From Squalus acanthias (taxonomy: Eukaryota): a DNA stretch of 64,000 nt. The position numbers were made by a program, and so were the translations under genes. The stretch lies in NCBI GenBank assembly GCA_030390025.1, contig CM059431.1:141176001-141240000 (forward strand). Reading direction: 5' to 3'. The notes under the pieces were generated by a model. The model did no database searches. It was not told where the DNA came from and saw nothing but the letters and a program-made list of their open reading frames with translations. Below are positions 62,065 to 64,000 of this stretch, one piece after another (the first letter of the stretch is position 1; the number at the start of each line of letters is the position of its first letter).

Positions 62065-62805
62065 TGTAGGTGAAGAGAACCACATTGTCTCTTTACTTGA
62101 GTAATAACCGAAATAATTGTTGCTTCAGGTCCAATGCCTTTATTTCTTCAGTCACTATGCAATTACATTTTACAAGCAGGGTAGATTACACAGATACGAG
62201 TACAGATGTGTAAACATGCACTTCACTATAACCGCACTGCACTAACTATTCGAAGCTCCAAATGTCTATTTTTTTATGATCCTTTTCTCCTTACTAAACG
62301 TGAATCTGCCTCTTCTCCCTTGATTGGATTCCTTCTGTCACCTGACTTAACAGGCTAAACCATTTAGGACAGAAATGAGGGGGAATTTCTTCACTCAGAG
62401 GGTGGTGAACCTGTGGAACTCATTGCCACAGAGGGCAGTGTACGCCAGCTCATTAAATATATTTAAGAGGGAATTAGATATATTTCTACAGGCAAAAGGG
62501 GTTAAGGGTTACGGAGAGAAGGCGGGGACGGGATACTGAATTGGAGGATCAGCCATGATCTCATTAAATGGCGGAGCAGGCTCGAAGGGCCGGATGGCCT
62601 ACTCCTGCTCCTATCTTCTATGTATCTATGTAACATGATACCTCCCCTTTATTAACCTGCCCATGTTTTCCATTTTGTACCAAGGCCCAAGCCCCATGTC
62701 ACGTAACTTCCCTTATCACGTCTGTCCTCAGAACGTTATCTGTCTCCTTTCCAGTGTGAAAAGCAGCTGAATTTTGATAACTCCTTTGTTTTTCAAATAT
62801 TTACA
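62065..62805 (-). mobile_element. Possible solo LTR interrupted by a CR1 3' end (about 62355-62631)
   Basis: TGTA...TACA ends; minus-strand CCAAT, TATA-like and AATAAA in LTR order. No TSD found. Confidence 0.4.
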
Positions 62806-62809
62806 ACCT

Positions 62810-64000
62810 CCTCGAGCCTGTTACATAGGAACAGGAGGAGGCCATTCAGTCCCTCGAGCCTGTTACACAGGAACAGGATGAGGCCATTCAGCCCCTCGAG
62901 CCTGTTAAACAGGAACAGGTGGAGGCCATTCAGCCCCTCGAGCCTGTTACACAGGAACAGGATGAGTTAATTCAGCCCCTCGATCCTGTTACACAGAAAC
63001 ACGTGGAGGCCATTCAGCCCCTCGAGCCTATTACACAGGAACAGGAGGAGTCCATTTAGCCCCTCGAGCCTGTTACACAGGAACAGGTGTAGTCCATTCA
63101 GCCCCTCGAGCCTGTTACACAGGAACAGGAGGAGTCCATTCAGCCCCCTCGAGCCTGTTACACAGGAACAGGAAGAGTCCATTCAGCCTATCGAGCCTGT
63201 TATACAGGAACAGGAGGAGTCCATTCACCCATCGAGCCTGTTATACAGGAACAGGAGGAGTCCATTCAGCCCATCGAGCCTGTTACACAGGAAAAGGAGG
63301 AGTCCATTCAGCCCCTCGATCCTGTTACACAGGAACAGGTGGGGGGCATTCAGCCCCTCGAGCGTGTTACACAGAAACAGGAGGAGGTCATTCAGCCCCT
63401 CGAGCCTGTTACACAGGAACAGGAGGAGGCCATTCAGCCCCTCGAGCCTGTTACACAGGAACAGGAGGAGGCCATTCAGCCCCTCGAGCCTGTTACAAAG
63501 GAAAAGGAAGAATCCCATTCAGCCCCTCGAGCCTGTAACACAGGAACAGGAGGAGGTCATTCAGCCCCTCGAGCCTGTTACACAGGAACAGGAGGAGACC
63601 ATTCAGCCCCTCGAGCCTGTTACACAGGAACAGAAGGAGGCCATTCAGCCCCTCGAGCCTCTTAAACAGGAACAAGAGGGGGCCATTCAGCCCCTCGAGC
63701 CTGTTAAACAGGAACAGGAGGAGGCCATTCAGCCTCTCGAGCCTGTTACACAGGAACAGGAGGAGTCCATTCATCACCTCCAGCCTGTTACACAGGAACA
63801 GGAGGAGGCCATTCAGCCCCTTTAGGGAGTTACGCAGGAACAGGAGAAGGCCATTTAGCCCCTCGAGCCTGTTACACAAGAATAGGAGGAGGCCATTCAG
63901 CCCTTCTAGCCCGTGACACAGGTGCAGGAGGAGACCATCCAGCGCCTCGAGTCTGTTACACAGGAACAGGAGGAGGCCATTCAGCCCCTCGAGCCTGTTA
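62810..64000. repeat. 42-bp minisatellite (AGGAACAGGAGGAGGCCATTCAGCCCCTCGAGCCTGTTACAC), about 28 units, runs off the window
   Basis: Direct tandem periodicity; 14-aa periodic ORFs. Confidence 0.97.

Noticed and set aside
63225..63879. LRR-like (NRLEGLNGLLLFLC)n or acidic repeat protein
   Set aside because: Translation of a CR1-3'UTR-derived 42-bp repeat, with frameshifts among units.

Overview
Vertebrate nuclear DNA, most likely from a cartilaginous fish (inferred from the repeat families and the GPCR type). It is not prokaryotic and has no CRISPR array. Most of the window is retrotransposon debris: many CR1 LINEs, a Penelope element with a hammerhead ribozyme, an RTE, Deu-domain SINEs, a solo LTR and MITE-like insertions. 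The one intact gene is a two-coding-exon GPR139-like class A GPCR on the minus strand (join 6480-6411, 5989-5070; 329 aa). An inverted, head-to-head paralog at about 26.5-27.4 kb has lost its TATA region, exon 1, the intron and TM1 through a deletion of about 625 bp. Three decayed tRNA genes (Glu, Trp, Leu) lie between the two copies. The most striking structure is a single Deu-SINE whose internal 33 bp has expanded into a minisatellite spanning 10.5 kb, with the SINE head and tail still bracketing it. Other tandem arrays here trace to a CR1 3' UTR and probably to an L2 ORF. Both GPCR copies share a candidate 3' UTR intron 106 nt after the stop codon. A motif-rich promoter-like cassette occurs three times. 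Coordinates were read by eye, and element boundaries may be off by tens of bases.
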